Part shown: positions 1 to 8,986 of the stretch, one piece after another | How the letters are laid out: each line of letters starts with the position of its first letter | Numbering within the stretch: position 1 is the first letter of the stretch | From: an uncultured Candidatus Saccharibacteria bacterium | GTDB lineage: Bacteria; Patescibacteriota; Minisyncoccia; Phycocordibacterales; Phycocordibacteraceae | Length of the DNA: 64,000 nt | Direction of reading: 5' to 3' | Assembly: GCA_964507275.1 (NCBI GenBank) | Contig: CAZDPG010000001.1 | Span: 404,577-468,576, forward strand | The notes under the pieces: model-generated | Seen by the model: the letters and a program-made list of their open reading frames with translations, nothing else | Databases searched by the model: none | Told to the model about the DNA's origin: nothing | Translations under genes and position numbers: made by a program

Positions 1-998
1 TCGAAGCCGTCCATCTCGACGAGTATCTGATTGAGGGTCTGTTCGCGCTCATCGTTCCCGCCACCCATACCGCTCCCGCGCACACGACCGACCGCGTCGA
101 TTTCATCGACGAAGATGATTGCTGGTGCCGCCTTCTTCGCGAGTTGGAAGAGGTCGCGCACCCTTGAAGCCCCGACTCCCACGAACATCTCAACGAATTC
201 GGAGCCCGAGATAGAGAAGAATGGAACACCCGCTTCGCCCGCAACCGCGCGTGCAAGGAGCGTCTTGCCGGTACCAGGAGCACCCATGAGAAGGATACCC
301 TTCGGGATGCGCGCGCCGATATCGAGGAACTTCTTTGGGCTCTTGAGGAAGTCCACGATTTCAAGAAGTTCTTCTTTCGCCTCCCGCGACCCAGCGACGT
401 CCGCGAAGGTGACCCGTTGCGATATGTCAGCAGGATCTATGACACGCGCCTTCGACTGCCCGAAGCTAAATGCCTGCATACCCGCGCCTCGCACCTGGCG
501 CGAAAGGAACCAGAAGAGGAACACGATGAAGAGTATCGGAATGAAGATCGGTGCGAGATTCAAGAACCAGAACGTGAATCCTGACTGTCCCTGTATCGTG
601 ATAGAAACTTTGGTCAGCTCTTCTGGAGTGACGCCATAGGTCGCAAGCGTCTCAGGAAGACCGGCGGAAGGGTCTTTGCGAGACAGCTTCGTCGAGCCAT
701 CGGTGTACTCGAGCTCGAGCGAATCGCCATTGACGACGACTGCCTTCACCTTCCCTTCTCCGACGTCGGTCGCAACGACTGAAAGTGGGATAGTGGTGCT
801 CGATGTGGCGAAGCTCTCGACAAGCGAATACACGCTCATGAGAAGGAGGAATATGAGAACCGTCGTCAGAAGATTGCCGAAGAAAGACGGTCCTTTGAAA
901 AAAGTCTTCAACCCCCGCCGCTTCGCCCCTTTTGATGAGAGGAAAGGAGGATTCCCAGGCTTCTTCATCTTCGGTTTCTTTGGAGATATCGCTGCCAT
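1..998 (-). CDS. ftsH: ATP-dependent zinc metalloprotease FtsH, N-terminal part (runs off the window start)
   Basis: Manual translation from ATG at 998 (not in the ORF track): two TM segments, then [59 protein letters not shown]. Confidence 0.97.
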   Translation of the reverse strand, partial: MAAISPKKPKMKKPGNPPFLSSKGAKRRGLKTFFKGPSFFGNLLTTVLIFLLLMSVYSLVESFATSSTTIPLSVVATDVGEGKVKAVVVNGDSLELEYTDGSTKLSRKDPSAGLPETLATYGVTPEELTKVSITIQGQSGFTFWFLNLAPIFIPILFIVFLFWFLSRQVRGAGMQAFSFGQSKARVIDPADISQRVTFADVAGSREAKEELLEIVDFLKSPKKFLDIGARIPKGILLMGAPGTGKTLLARAVAGEAGVPFFSISGSEFVEMFVGVGASRVRDLFQLAKKAAPAIIFVDEIDAVGRVRGSGMGGGNDEREQTLNQILVEMDGF

Positions 999-1021
999 AG
1001 AAAATACTATACTCTATACCT

Positions 1022-1465
1022 ATGACTCTCGTCGAATATAAGAAGGCGCTCCTGAAGTTCGCTCCTATCGAGACGTTCTCGGCTGGTCTCGAACTCATCG
1101 GGTCCGAAGTGAAGGCGCTCAGGAGCAAGCTCGGCTCGCTCGATGGCGCACGCGTTGTGGTGCGCGGCGGCGAAGCGTTCATCGTCGGCATGACCATCCC
1201 GCCCTACCAGGCAGCCAACACGCCGAAGGACTATGACCCGGAGCGGGTGCGCCGTCTTCTCCTCACGAAGAAAGAGATCAACACACTCCTCATCGAGGAA
1301 GCGAAGAAAGGGTTGACAATCGTACCTCTTGAGGTGTATTCTAGTGGCAGACTCGTGAAAGCCCGTATCGCTATCGCTCGCGGCAAAGGGAAAGCCGACC
1401 GTCGCGAAGATTTGAAAAAGCGCGATGCAGGACGAGAGACCGCTCGCGTTCTGAAAAATCGCTAG
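1022..1465 (+). CDS. smpB: SsrA-binding protein SmpB
   Basis: AGLELIGSEVKALR, RRLLLTKKEI, GLTIVPL, ARGK..DRRE motifs; directly upstream of tmRNA. Confidence 0.97.
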   Translation: MTLVEYKKALLKFAPIETFSAGLELIGSEVKALRSKLGSLDGARVVVRGGEAFIVGMTIPPYQAANTPKDYDPERVRRLLLTKKEINTLLIEEAKKGLTIVPLEVYSSGRLVKARIAIARGKGKADRREDLKKRDAGRETARVLKNR

Positions 1466-1512
1466 AGCCTATCAGTCGCAGAAAGTACGTGATGTTCTAT
1501 CATGTGTTTCCT

Positions 1513-1917
1513 GGGGGTGACCGGCTTTGACGGTCTGTACTTTGAAAGACGTGCGACGCAGTGCACTCTCGCCTACCACTCTAATCTAGCGAGAAAACAT
1601 ACTTGCAAAGAACACTCTTGCAAGCGTGAAGTCGCCATACTTCGGTATGAAGGACTTCACGTTCGCTTTCGCGACTGCCTAACCGCACCTCGCCAAGCGA
1701 CGTCTGTATCCTTGGGTTCCTTCAGTTGAGGATACAGGCGGAATTATCTGAAGGATCGATGCCCGGCCTCCCGCCCGGCGCATCTAAATAAGGGATCGGG
1801 CAGGAATGGTTTCGTTGGCGTTCCTCGCATCCTGCCTCAAACTTTAACGCCGACTATGCGTCGTAGACTCGCTTTCATAGCCAGATTCGGACCGGAGTTC
1901 AACTCTCCGCACCTCCA
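1513..1917 (+). ncRNA. ssrA: tmRNA; predicted tag reading frame 1605-1682 (AKNTLASVKSPYFGMKDFTFAFATA*)
   Basis: 5' GGGGGTGA-CCGGCTTTGAC; 3' T-arm GGAGTTCAACTCTCC and CACCTCC-A; acceptor stem has the G3-U alanine wobble; adjacent to smpB. Confidence 0.95.
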
Positions 1918-1926
1918 CAACTATAA

Positions 1927-1963
1927 ACACAAAGGCCCAGAGTATCCCTCTGGGCCTTTGTGT
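1927..1963. terminator. Hairpin after tmRNA, probably bidirectional terminator
   Basis: ACACAAAGGCCCAGAG / CTCTGGGCCTTTGTGT, 16-bp perfect inverted repeat between convergent genes. Confidence 0.75.
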
Positions 1964-1967
1964 ATGG

Positions 1968-1987
1968 CTTTGAGCGGGTTCTAATAT
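1968..1987 (+). repeat. Direct repeat copy 1, left flank of the HEPN/DUF5343 cassette
   Basis: CTTTGAGCGGGTTCTAATAT; 18/20 identical to 3287-3306. Confidence 0.6.
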
Positions 1988-2008
1988 CCTCAGAGATCCC
2001 TGGACTAT

Positions 2009-2593
2009 TTATTCCATCAACCTGAACCAATCCCTGACAGCTAAGCGCAGGCGCTCAATTTCGTCTTCAGCGAGAGGACTGCAGTGCGCAATCGGTCCTC
2101 GCAGTATGTTCAGATTCGCCATCACACGCTCAACCGCTTTCACACTTGAGAAAATCGAGGCAAAGACATCCCAATTGCCTTTAATAATCTGACCCAGCTC
2201 GCCAAACGTGCAGAAATCGATCGGCTCATCCGAGCGTGGTGTGACACCAGAATCAATCTCTCTTTGCTGACGACCTTCCGCCTCAGTCCGCAAATCATTT
2301 GATACCCGAGTATTCCACCAATTTGGATCTGCAGCGACCAGTGTATCCACGATGAGACGCCTCACCGTTTTTTCGAGCGAATAGAACGTTTCATAGTGAG
2401 GTGCCATCGTGGCGGCCTCACTCCGAATATCCTGCTCGATCTGCGGATAATACGACTTATCGACAACAAGCACACTACTATGTTCCCTTCCCAAATCGAG
2501 GTTGTATTTAGCCTCAATCTCATCGAGGTTGTGCTCGATGAGCTGGCTTGTCATCGCAAATTCCTTTAGAGACGAGGAGGTGTTGCTCTTCAT
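2009..2593 (-). CDS. Swt1-like HEPN domain protein (putative RNase)
   Basis: FYSLEKTVRRLI..WW, DFCTFGELGQII..NWDVF, and HEPN Rx4H motif (NILRGPIAHC). Confidence 0.75.
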   Translation of the reverse strand: MKSNTSSSLKEFAMTSQLIEHNLDEIEAKYNLDLGREHSSVLVVDKSYYPQIEQDIRSEAATMAPHYETFYSLEKTVRRLIVDTLVAADPNWWNTRVSNDLRTEAEGRQQREIDSGVTPRSDEPIDFCTFGELGQIIKGNWDVFASIFSSVKAVERVMANLNILRGPIAHCSPLAEDEIERLRLAVRDWFRLME

Positions 2594-3249
2594 TAGCTTA
2601 AGAGATGATCCTTCAGGCTTTTAAAAATTGCATTGAATACCGCGATATCCGAAGTGGCTGGTAGGTTCAAATTGATTGTATATCCTAGCTTGAGGTCTAC
2701 AGCCGTCCTAACTTTAGGCGGCCGCTCTTCCTGTACTCCAGATACTTCTTCTTCTCTCTCTTCAACTCCCGAGGGTTCTTCGCCGGTAGCATCGAAATTA
2801 GCAAGACTTTTCAAAGCTTCGAAAGATCCAATAATTCCCCTAACTGTACTGGAATTCGCTTCAAGACCAGTCGCTTGTACAACGACCCCCTTCAATTCAT
2901 TTGCCTTCAAATCGTGAGCGTATTCATTCAACTCGTAAAGCGCCGCGTACCCCGCCTTCACCGCTTGAGCTGCTGCACTAGACCGGAGTGCGGGGTTGCG
3001 AAATCTCTTATAAAGATCAGTTGGGGTCCCATCTCCATTGAGAAAACCGGTACGCTTCAGAAAAGGTATGATTGGTTTTGCTGTACCTCCTTTTTGACCC
3101 AACTTTGTAGCGAGAAAATCCTGGGTAAACCGATCGGGTGTCGCCGCTTGGACAACACGCTCAAGCGTCTTAGTTATGACGCCGTAAGCATTCATGTAGG
3201 GAATTTTTATGCTCCCGTTTGCACTACGCTTAGTTTCTCCGTCAGCCAT
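2593..3249 (-). CDS. DUF5343-like protein
   Basis: PDRFTQDFL, IPFLKRTGFLNGDGTPTDLY, and C-terminal YTINLNLPATSDIAVFNAIFKSLK; overlaps the HEPN gene by 1 nt (translational coupling). Confidence 0.7.
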   Translation of the reverse strand: MADGETKRSANGSIKIPYMNAYGVITKTLERVVQAATPDRFTQDFLATKLGQKGGTAKPIIPFLKRTGFLNGDGTPTDLYKRFRNPALRSSAAAQAVKAGYAALYELNEYAHDLKANELKGVVVQATGLEANSSTVRGIIGSFEALKSLANFDATGEEPSGVEEREEEVSGVQEERPPKVRTAVDLKLGYTINLNLPATSDIAVFNAIFKSLKDHLLS

Positions 3250-3286
3250 GGTACATATAGTCCTCCTTTTAGCAGAAAAAGCAAGT

Positions 3287-3306
3287 CTTTTAGCAGGTTC
3301 TAATAT
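3287..3306 (+). repeat. Direct repeat copy 2, right flank of the cassette; a third partial copy lies at 3392-3409
   Basis: CTTTTAGCAGGTTCTAATAT; third copy AACAGGTTCTAACATCCT. Confidence 0.6.
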
Positions 3307-3427
3307 TTGACCTTATTACCCCCGCCAAATGACCCCTCGGTCGGCTCAGGTTCACTCAAATTAGGCAGATGTATTGCTCCGCCATATATCAAACAGGTTC
3401 TAACATCCTTTAGGAAGTCCCACATAT

Positions 3428-3469
3428 AGAAACTAAGAACCCTCGCACGTGCGAGGGTTCTTAGTTTCT
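3428..3469. repeat. 42-bp perfect palindrome
   Basis: AGAAACTAAGAACCCTCGCAC|GTGCGAGGGTTCTTAGTTTCT is its own reverse complement. Confidence 0.9.
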
Positions 3470-3514
3470 GAAACAATCGCAGTATCTTGCGTGTACTAGA
3501 AACTGAGAGCAGAA

Positions 3515-3540
3515 GAACCACCCGCTTCTCCCTCGCGTCA
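3515..3540 (+). promoter_or_regulatory. Possible ECF sigma-type promoter
   Basis: GAACC-N16-CGTCA upstream of the gene that precedes an ECF sigma factor. Confidence 0.35.
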
Positions 3541-3578
3541 TGGCACTCCTTATCGGGCATCTCGTAACATTCATCATT

Positions 3579-4238
3579 ATGATTGACTTCAAAAAAATTG
3601 CGGCCGTCCCTGTATTAGCAGCAACCTTTATCGTGGGCGGTGCAGTAACTGCTCTTGCGACCACCGCTTCCGCGGCAAATCAGGACGGAACCGGGCCAGC
3701 ACAGAGTGCCCAGAGAGCCCACGGGAGAGGTCCCGGCATCGGCGGCACTATCACCGCGATACAGGGTTCGACTATTACCATCACCGATAAGCGCGATGCC
3801 AAGACATACACCATCGACGCGAGCGGCGCGACAGTGAAGAAGATGTCGATAGGCACAGCGCCGGTAACCGAGACGCTCGCTGATCTCGCTGTCGGAGAAA
3901 TGATCATGGTCCGCGGAACCGTCTCCGGCACTTCGGTCACCGCGACAGAAGTCATGGAGGGCGACTTCCGTTTCGACGGCACAAGGCCGATGCAGGGTAA
4001 CCGACCAGGCGTCATAGGAACCGTCACTGCTGTACAGGGTTCGACTATCACGGTCACGAACATGGATGGCACCGTGCATACGATCGATGCGAGCGAAGCC
4101 ATTGTCGAGAAGCATGTGAGTAGCTCCCTTTCAGACATCACTGTCGGTGTCCGCATCAACGCGATGGGCACCATTTCCGGCACTTCAGTGAAAGCGAAAG
4201 TAATAGTAACCGGCGCTCCAATACTTCCCGTACGGTAG
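3579..4238 (+). CDS. Secreted protein with two DUF5666-like beta repeats
   Basis: Signal peptide; duplicated unit G(T/V)(I/V)TA(I/V)QGSTIT..TIDAS.A.V..L.D..VG....GT.SGTSV.A. Confidence 0.7.
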   Translation: MIDFKKIAAVPVLAATFIVGGAVTALATTASAANQDGTGPAQSAQRAHGRGPGIGGTITAIQGSTITITDKRDAKTYTIDASGATVKKMSIGTAPVTETLADLAVGEMIMVRGTVSGTSVTATEVMEGDFRFDGTRPMQGNRPGVIGTVTAVQGSTITVTNMDGTVHTIDASEAIVEKHVSSSLSDITVGVRINAMGTISGTSVKAKVIVTGAPILPVR

Positions 4239-4265
4239 ATTCAGCAGTAGCTCTTGCGCCACCCT

Positions 4266-4299
4266 AACGACAAGCCCTGCATGGGGCTTGTCGTTTTTT
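4266..4299 (+). terminator. Rho-independent terminator
   Basis: AACGACAAGCCC..GGGCTTGTCGTT followed by T run. Confidence 0.8.
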
Positions 4300-4328
4300 G
4301 AAACAAAATCGCCACTCGCCTGTACTAT

Positions 4329-4898
4329 ATGAAGGTGGATACCACCCATCAAAACCCGACAGATGAGGAGATTGCTCTACGCGTCCAGCAAGGAGATTCT
4401 GAAGTCTTTGGTGTGTTAGTCGATCGCTACGAACAGAAGCTGCTGCGATACGGCAGAAAATTCCTCTCACGCCCTGAAGACGTACAGGATATCGTGCAAG
4501 ATGTTTTCATCCGCGCTTATCGGAATATCCAGAGCTTCGATCCGGCCCAGCGCTTCAATCCGTGGATCTACCGCATCGCGCACAATGCCTACCTGAACAC
4601 AATGCGACGTAATTCACTCGCGCCCCTTTCAGTCGACTTCGATACGGTACTGATTCACTTCAAATACGATGATCCGTCCGAGTCGGAACGCGAGCAGAAG
4701 GATATGCGCGACCTGATCGAACGTAGTATGAACGACATTCCCGCTAAGTATCGCGAAGTACTCATCCTTCATTATTTTGAAGAGATGCCTTATAAAGATA
4801 TCGCTGACGTACTAGAGATACCGGTCGGGACAGTCAGCATACGTCTCAGGCGAGCACGAGAAGCACTCAAAAAGAAAATTAACCCCGCACACCTATGA
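4329..4898 (+). CDS. ECF-family RNA polymerase sigma factor
   Basis: DIVQDVFIRAY, FNPWIYRIAHN, REVLILHYFEEMPYKDIADVLEIPVGTVSIRLRRAR. Confidence 0.93.
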   Translation: MKVDTTHQNPTDEEIALRVQQGDSEVFGVLVDRYEQKLLRYGRKFLSRPEDVQDIVQDVFIRAYRNIQSFDPAQRFNPWIYRIAHNAYLNTMRRNSLAPLSVDFDTVLIHFKYDDPSESEREQKDMRDLIERSMNDIPAKYREVLILHYFEEMPYKDIADVLEIPVGTVSIRLRRAREALKKKINPAHL

Positions 4899-5641
4899 AC
4901 CCTCACTCCCCCGAAGAAAAACCATCTGCACTCAGAGAACAGATACTCCGTGAGATTGGCTCAGGCAAGGTCGCCATGCGTCCGAAACTATACTTCTCTC
5001 TCAAAGTCTTCGCGACTATCTCCGTCGCTCTCGGCATCCTCATACTTTCAACATTCCTATTCAACTTCATACTCTTCAGTATCCGCATCAACGGACAAGA
5101 CGCCCTACTCGGATTCGGACCTCGTGGCATGCACGCTTTCCTGCGCTTCTTCCCATGGACACTCCTCATAGCTGACATTCTGCTCGTCGTGCTTCTCGGA
5201 AAACTCGTCCGGCGATTCCGTTTCGGCTACAAGACCCCGACCCTGCTCGTACTCGGGACTGTCTTCATCGGCACAATACTGATGGCAACCTTTCTCGACC
5301 GTGGGACCCATATGAACGACCGTCTCTTCAGAGCATCTCGCCAGCAGCACCTCCCCTCCCCCATGAATTCGCTCTATAGAGGTGCTCGCTTCGCCCCACC
5401 TCCCGTTGGGGGCATCCACAAAGGGGAGATCCTATCCATAACGGGGAGTTCCCTTGTCGTCAGACTTCTCGATGAAGAAAGTCGCACGGGCACCACGACC
5501 ATCACGGTCTTGTTGCCATTGGACAATTTCCGAGCAACCACGACAGGACTACGCTCCGGCGACACTGTCCTCATCGCCGGCGACGAGTCCGACGGCTTTT
5601 TGCGAGCCTTCGGTATCCGGAACATCACATCGGAAAATTAA
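4895..5641 (+). CDS. Membrane protein, putative anti-sigma partner
   Basis: Overlaps the sigma stop codon (ATGA); three TM segments plus a C-terminal beta domain. Confidence 0.55.
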   Translation: MNPHSPEEKPSALREQILREIGSGKVAMRPKLYFSLKVFATISVALGILILSTFLFNFILFSIRINGQDALLGFGPRGMHAFLRFFPWTLLIADILLVVLLGKLVRRFRFGYKTPTLLVLGTVFIGTILMATFLDRGTHMNDRLFRASRQQHLPSPMNSLYRGARFAPPPVGGIHKGEILSITGSSLVVRLLDEESRTGTTTITVLLPLDNFRATTTGLRSGDTVLIAGDESDGFLRAFGIRNITSEN

Positions 5642-5688
5642 AAACATCGCGAGATAAAGCAACGCTAATTTTTGCTATACTTCCTGAA

Positions 5689-6252
5689 ATGAGTTTCCAG
5701 AACCGCAGGAACGGATTCTTGTTGCAGGATGTATTGATTATCGCAGCAAGTATTGGCATTGCGGTGTTCCTGACACAGACAGACACTCTCGTGACACTGC
5801 TCGTATCCACGAAAGAATTGGAGTTCCTCGGAAGCTTTCTAGCCGGGCTCTTCTTCACATCGGTCTTCACCACCGCCCCGGCGATAGTGACTCTCGGTGA
5901 GATTGCGCGTGCTAATTCGCTCGTGCCGGTCGTCGTATTCGGAACTCTCGGAGCCGTGATCGGCGACCTGCTCATATTCCGATTCGTGCGCGATCGGTTC
6001 TCGGAACACTTACTGGAGCTGGCGGGCCACAGAAGCATCGCGCGCCGTGCGCATGCACTGTTCAAGATGCGACTCTTCCGATGGCTCTCGCTCTTCGTCG
6101 GCGGAGTGATCATCGCCTCGCCATTCCCAGACGAGCTCGGCATCGGCCTCTTCGGTCTCGCGAAGGTAAAAACGTCGTGGTTCATCCCGCTCTCAGTCCT
6201 GTTCAATGCTCTCGGTATCCTCGCGATAGGAATCGTCGCACGAACGCTATGA
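5689..6252 (+). CDS. Integral membrane protein (DedA/VTT-like)
   Basis: Multiple TM helices; GAVIGDLLIFRFVR and ASPFPDELG motifs. Confidence 0.6.
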   Translation: MSFQNRRNGFLLQDVLIIAASIGIAVFLTQTDTLVTLLVSTKELEFLGSFLAGLFFTSVFTTAPAIVTLGEIARANSLVPVVVFGTLGAVIGDLLIFRFVRDRFSEHLLELAGHRSIARRAHALFKMRLFRWLSLFVGGVIIASPFPDELGIGLFGLAKVKTSWFIPLSVLFNALGILAIGIVARTL

Positions 6253-8870
6253 CGATACGTAGCACAGATATCGATAAACTTCTGTCGCATCCTTTCTGGA
6301 TGCTGCCAGCATCGGAAGTCGCTGCCCTCCTGAAAACAAACATACAGGAAGGGCTTTCCGAGCACGAGGCCGAGAGGCGGCTTGCGATCTTTGGGCCGAA
6401 CATTATCGAGGAATCGCGGAAGGCTCCGTGGCTCCTCATCCTCCTCAACCAATTCAAGAGTCCGCTTATCCTGATTCTGTTGTTCGCTGGCACAGCCACG
6501 GTCTTCATCGCTCACTACCGCGACGCGCTCTTCATTTTCTCTACCATCGTCGTCAATGCGCTCCTCGGCTTCTATCAGGAACATAAAGCTGAGAAGGCGC
6601 TCTCCGAAATAAAGACTTATCTCAAACAGCGATCGCGTGTCATCCGCGATGGTGTCGAGCGTGATATAGATGCAGCGCAGGTAGTTCCGGGAGATGTGAT
6701 ACGCATCGCGCAGGGCGATCGCGTGAGCGCAGACGGACGACTCGTGTTCGTAAACGATCTCCAAATCGACGAAGCGATTCTCACCGGAGAATCGCTCCCT
6801 TCAGCGAAATCAGCAAGCCCTGCGAGTCTCTCCGCAGGGCTTGCTGATCAGCGCTCTATGGCCTTCGCAGGGACACTCGTCACGCAAGGTATCGGCACGG
6901 CGATAGTATGCCGAACCGATTTCTCAACCGAGCTGGGAAAGATTGCAGCGCTCGTCGGCGAATCACACCGGGAGGAGACGCCGCTTCAGAAAGCAATTAA
7001 GACATTCAGCCTTCAAGCGGGAGTCCTCTTGAGCATCCTCACGCTCGCGGTTTTCGGTGCGGGGATTGCTCTTGGGTATTCCCATATGGACATGTTCCTC
7101 ACGTCCGTCGCCATTGCCGTCTCGGCGGTTCCCGAGGGCTTACCAGTGGCGATGACGGTCATCCTCGCAATAGGTGTGCAGCGCATGGCACGGCGCAAAG
7201 GCGTCATACGGAAACTCATCGCTGCCGAAGCACTCGGGAGCACGACGATTATCCTGACCGATAAGACCGGGACGCTCACCATGGCGAACATGGCGCTTAG
7301 CAAGCTATTGCCCACCCTAGGCGAAACTGAGGAATCGTTGCTCGACATGGCACTCCTCAATACGGACGTCCTCGTGGAGAACCCTGATGATCCTCCCTCA
7401 GAGTGGCGCATGAGCGGACGCGTACTGGAGGCCGCACTCACGCGCTCTGCGGCAGGGCGGGGTGGGAGAACTGCTGTGGAGATAAAGCTCGCGACTCCCG
7501 TCTTGAGCTTTCTGCCGTTCAATGCCGTTAATAAATTCTCCGCCTCGCTCACACACCTCCATGGGAAATATCTGCTGACCTTCTTCGGAGCGCCTGAAAC
7601 ATTCATCATGCACTCGACACTCTCACCAGTGGAGCAAGAAGAGGCTCTCAAGAAAATCGATGAGCTCGCACAATCGGGCGAACTCGTCATGGGTATAGCG
7701 ACGAAAGAGATCGAGAAGCCTGATGACTTCACGTTCTCGAATGACTTGAAATTCTCCCACCTTTCTTTCAGAGGGCTACTGACCTTGCGCGACCCTATCC
7801 GCCCGAATGTCAAAGAAGCCATACGCGATGTTGAGTTGGCGGGGATACGGACGATTATCATGACGGGAGATCATCGTGGCACAGCCGAGGCAATCGCACG
7901 CGAAGTCGGTATGGAAATCGACGAGCATAGCATCCTCGACGCCGGAGAGCTTCGTGGATTGACGGATGAGGAGCTGAAAGAGCGGTTGCCGCATATTCGC
8001 GTCATCGCGCGCGTCTCACCGCTCGACAAGATGCGTATCGTACAGATGTTTCAAAGCATGGGCGAAATCGTAGCGATGACTGGCGACGGGGTGAACGACG
8101 CGCCAAGCATTAAGCAAGCGGATATCGGCATCGCTATGGGATCAGGCACGGAAGTTTCTCGTAGCGTCGCGGACCTGGTACTCCTGGATGATAATTTTGA
8201 AACCATCGTCGCTGCCGTCGAAGAAGGACGGCAGATCATGCATAACATACGCAAGGTACTGGTGTACCTCCTCTCCTCTGTGGCAGACGAGCTCTTTCTT
8301 ATCGGCGGGGCGCTCGCAACCGGTCTTGTGCTCCCGCTGAATGCGCTCCAGATACTTTGGGTGAATTTCTTTTCAGATAGCTTCCCGGCGGTTGCATTCG
8401 CTTTCGAGAAGAATGCTGACGGACGGATGACCCGCCGACCGCAGAGCATACGCGACGGATTGTTCGATCCGGTGATGCGGTTTCTCATCCTTTCTATCGG
8501 CCTCTCCACAAGCGTCCTGCTCTTCTTCTTGTACTGGGCACTCCTGCGCGCAGGATTCCCTGAGGACATCGTGCGCACGTTCATCTTCGCAAGCTTCGGG
8601 AGCTATTCCTTATTCCTCGCGTTTTCTTTGCGGAGCTTGGAGAAGAGTATCTTCAGCTTCTCCCTGTTTTCTAATCGCTATCTGGTCGGCGGCGTGGGGA
8701 TCGGCATCACACTCTTGGGCATAGCGATCTATGTGCCTTTCTTCCAATCAATCCTCGACACTGTCGCCCTATCGCTTCCATGGGTTCTCGGCGTGGCGTC
8801 TGTCGGTGTGATAAATATCGTCGCAGTGGAGCTCGGTAAGTGGTTTTTCAGTCGGCGGCAGGCAGTATAG
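6249..8870 (+). CDS. P-type cation-transporting ATPase (P2A, Ca2+-type)
   Basis: LTGES, VPEGLP, DKTGTLT, TGD, GDGVNDAP motifs; start placed at MTIRSTD, overlapping the previous stop. Confidence 0.95.
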   Translation: MTIRSTDIDKLLSHPFWMLPASEVAALLKTNIQEGLSEHEAERRLAIFGPNIIEESRKAPWLLILLNQFKSPLILILLFAGTATVFIAHYRDALFIFSTIVVNALLGFYQEHKAEKALSEIKTYLKQRSRVIRDGVERDIDAAQVVPGDVIRIAQGDRVSADGRLVFVNDLQIDEAILTGESLPSAKSASPASLSAGLADQRSMAFAGTLVTQGIGTAIVCRTDFSTELGKIAALVGESHREETPLQKAIKTFSLQAGVLLSILTLAVFGAGIALGYSHMDMFLTSVAIAVSAVPEGLPVAMTVILAIGVQRMARRKGVIRKLIAAEALGSTTIILTDKTGTLTMANMALSKLLPTLGETEESLLDMALLNTDVLVENPDDPPSEWRMSGRVLEAALTRSAAGRGGRTAVEIKLATPVLSFLPFNAVNKFSASLTHLHGKYLLTFFGAPETFIMHSTLSPVEQEEALKKIDELAQSGELVMGIATKEIEKPDDFTFSNDLKFSHLSFRGLLTLRDPIRPNVKEAIRDVELAGIRTIIMTGDHRGTAEAIAREVGMEIDEHSILDAGELRGLTDEELKERLPHIRVIARVSPLDKMRIVQMFQSMGEIVAMTGDGVNDAPSIKQADIGIAMGSGTEVSRSVADLVLLDDNFETIVAAVEEGRQIMHNIRKVLVYLLSSVADELFLIGGALATGLVLPLNALQILWVNFFSDSFPAVAFAFEKNADGRMTRRPQSIRDGLFDPVMRFLILSIGLSTSVLLFFLYWALLRAGFPEDIVRTFIFASFGSYSLFLAFSLRSLEKSIFSFSLFSNRYLVGGVGIGITLLGIAIYVPFFQSILDTVALSLPWVLGVASVGVINIVAVELGKWFFSRRQAV

Positions 8871-8986
8871 TCTTTATTGACTTCCCTCCTGTTTTTACGT
8901 AAGGTAACCCTGCAATTAGCCGGATTTCCGGGTGTAATTCGCTGATCTTCAAGCAGCCAATCCCCCACCAACCAGAGGAGAGCTAT

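Noticed and set aside
31-1197. ORFs 31..639, 652..1197 and 676..1041, and similar antisense ORFs throughout the window
   Set aside because: Shadows of real genes (here ftsH and smpB) in GC-rich DNA, with no recognisable motifs.
1502-1729. 75-aa ORF over the tmRNA
   Set aside because: It lies within ssrA in a different frame from the tag; spurious.
1968-3409. GGTTCTAAYAT repeats as a CRISPR array or dif/pdif sites
   Set aside because: Spacing is irregular (about 1.3 kb and 0.1 kb), there are no cas genes, and they do not match the XerC/XerD 11-6-11 layout.
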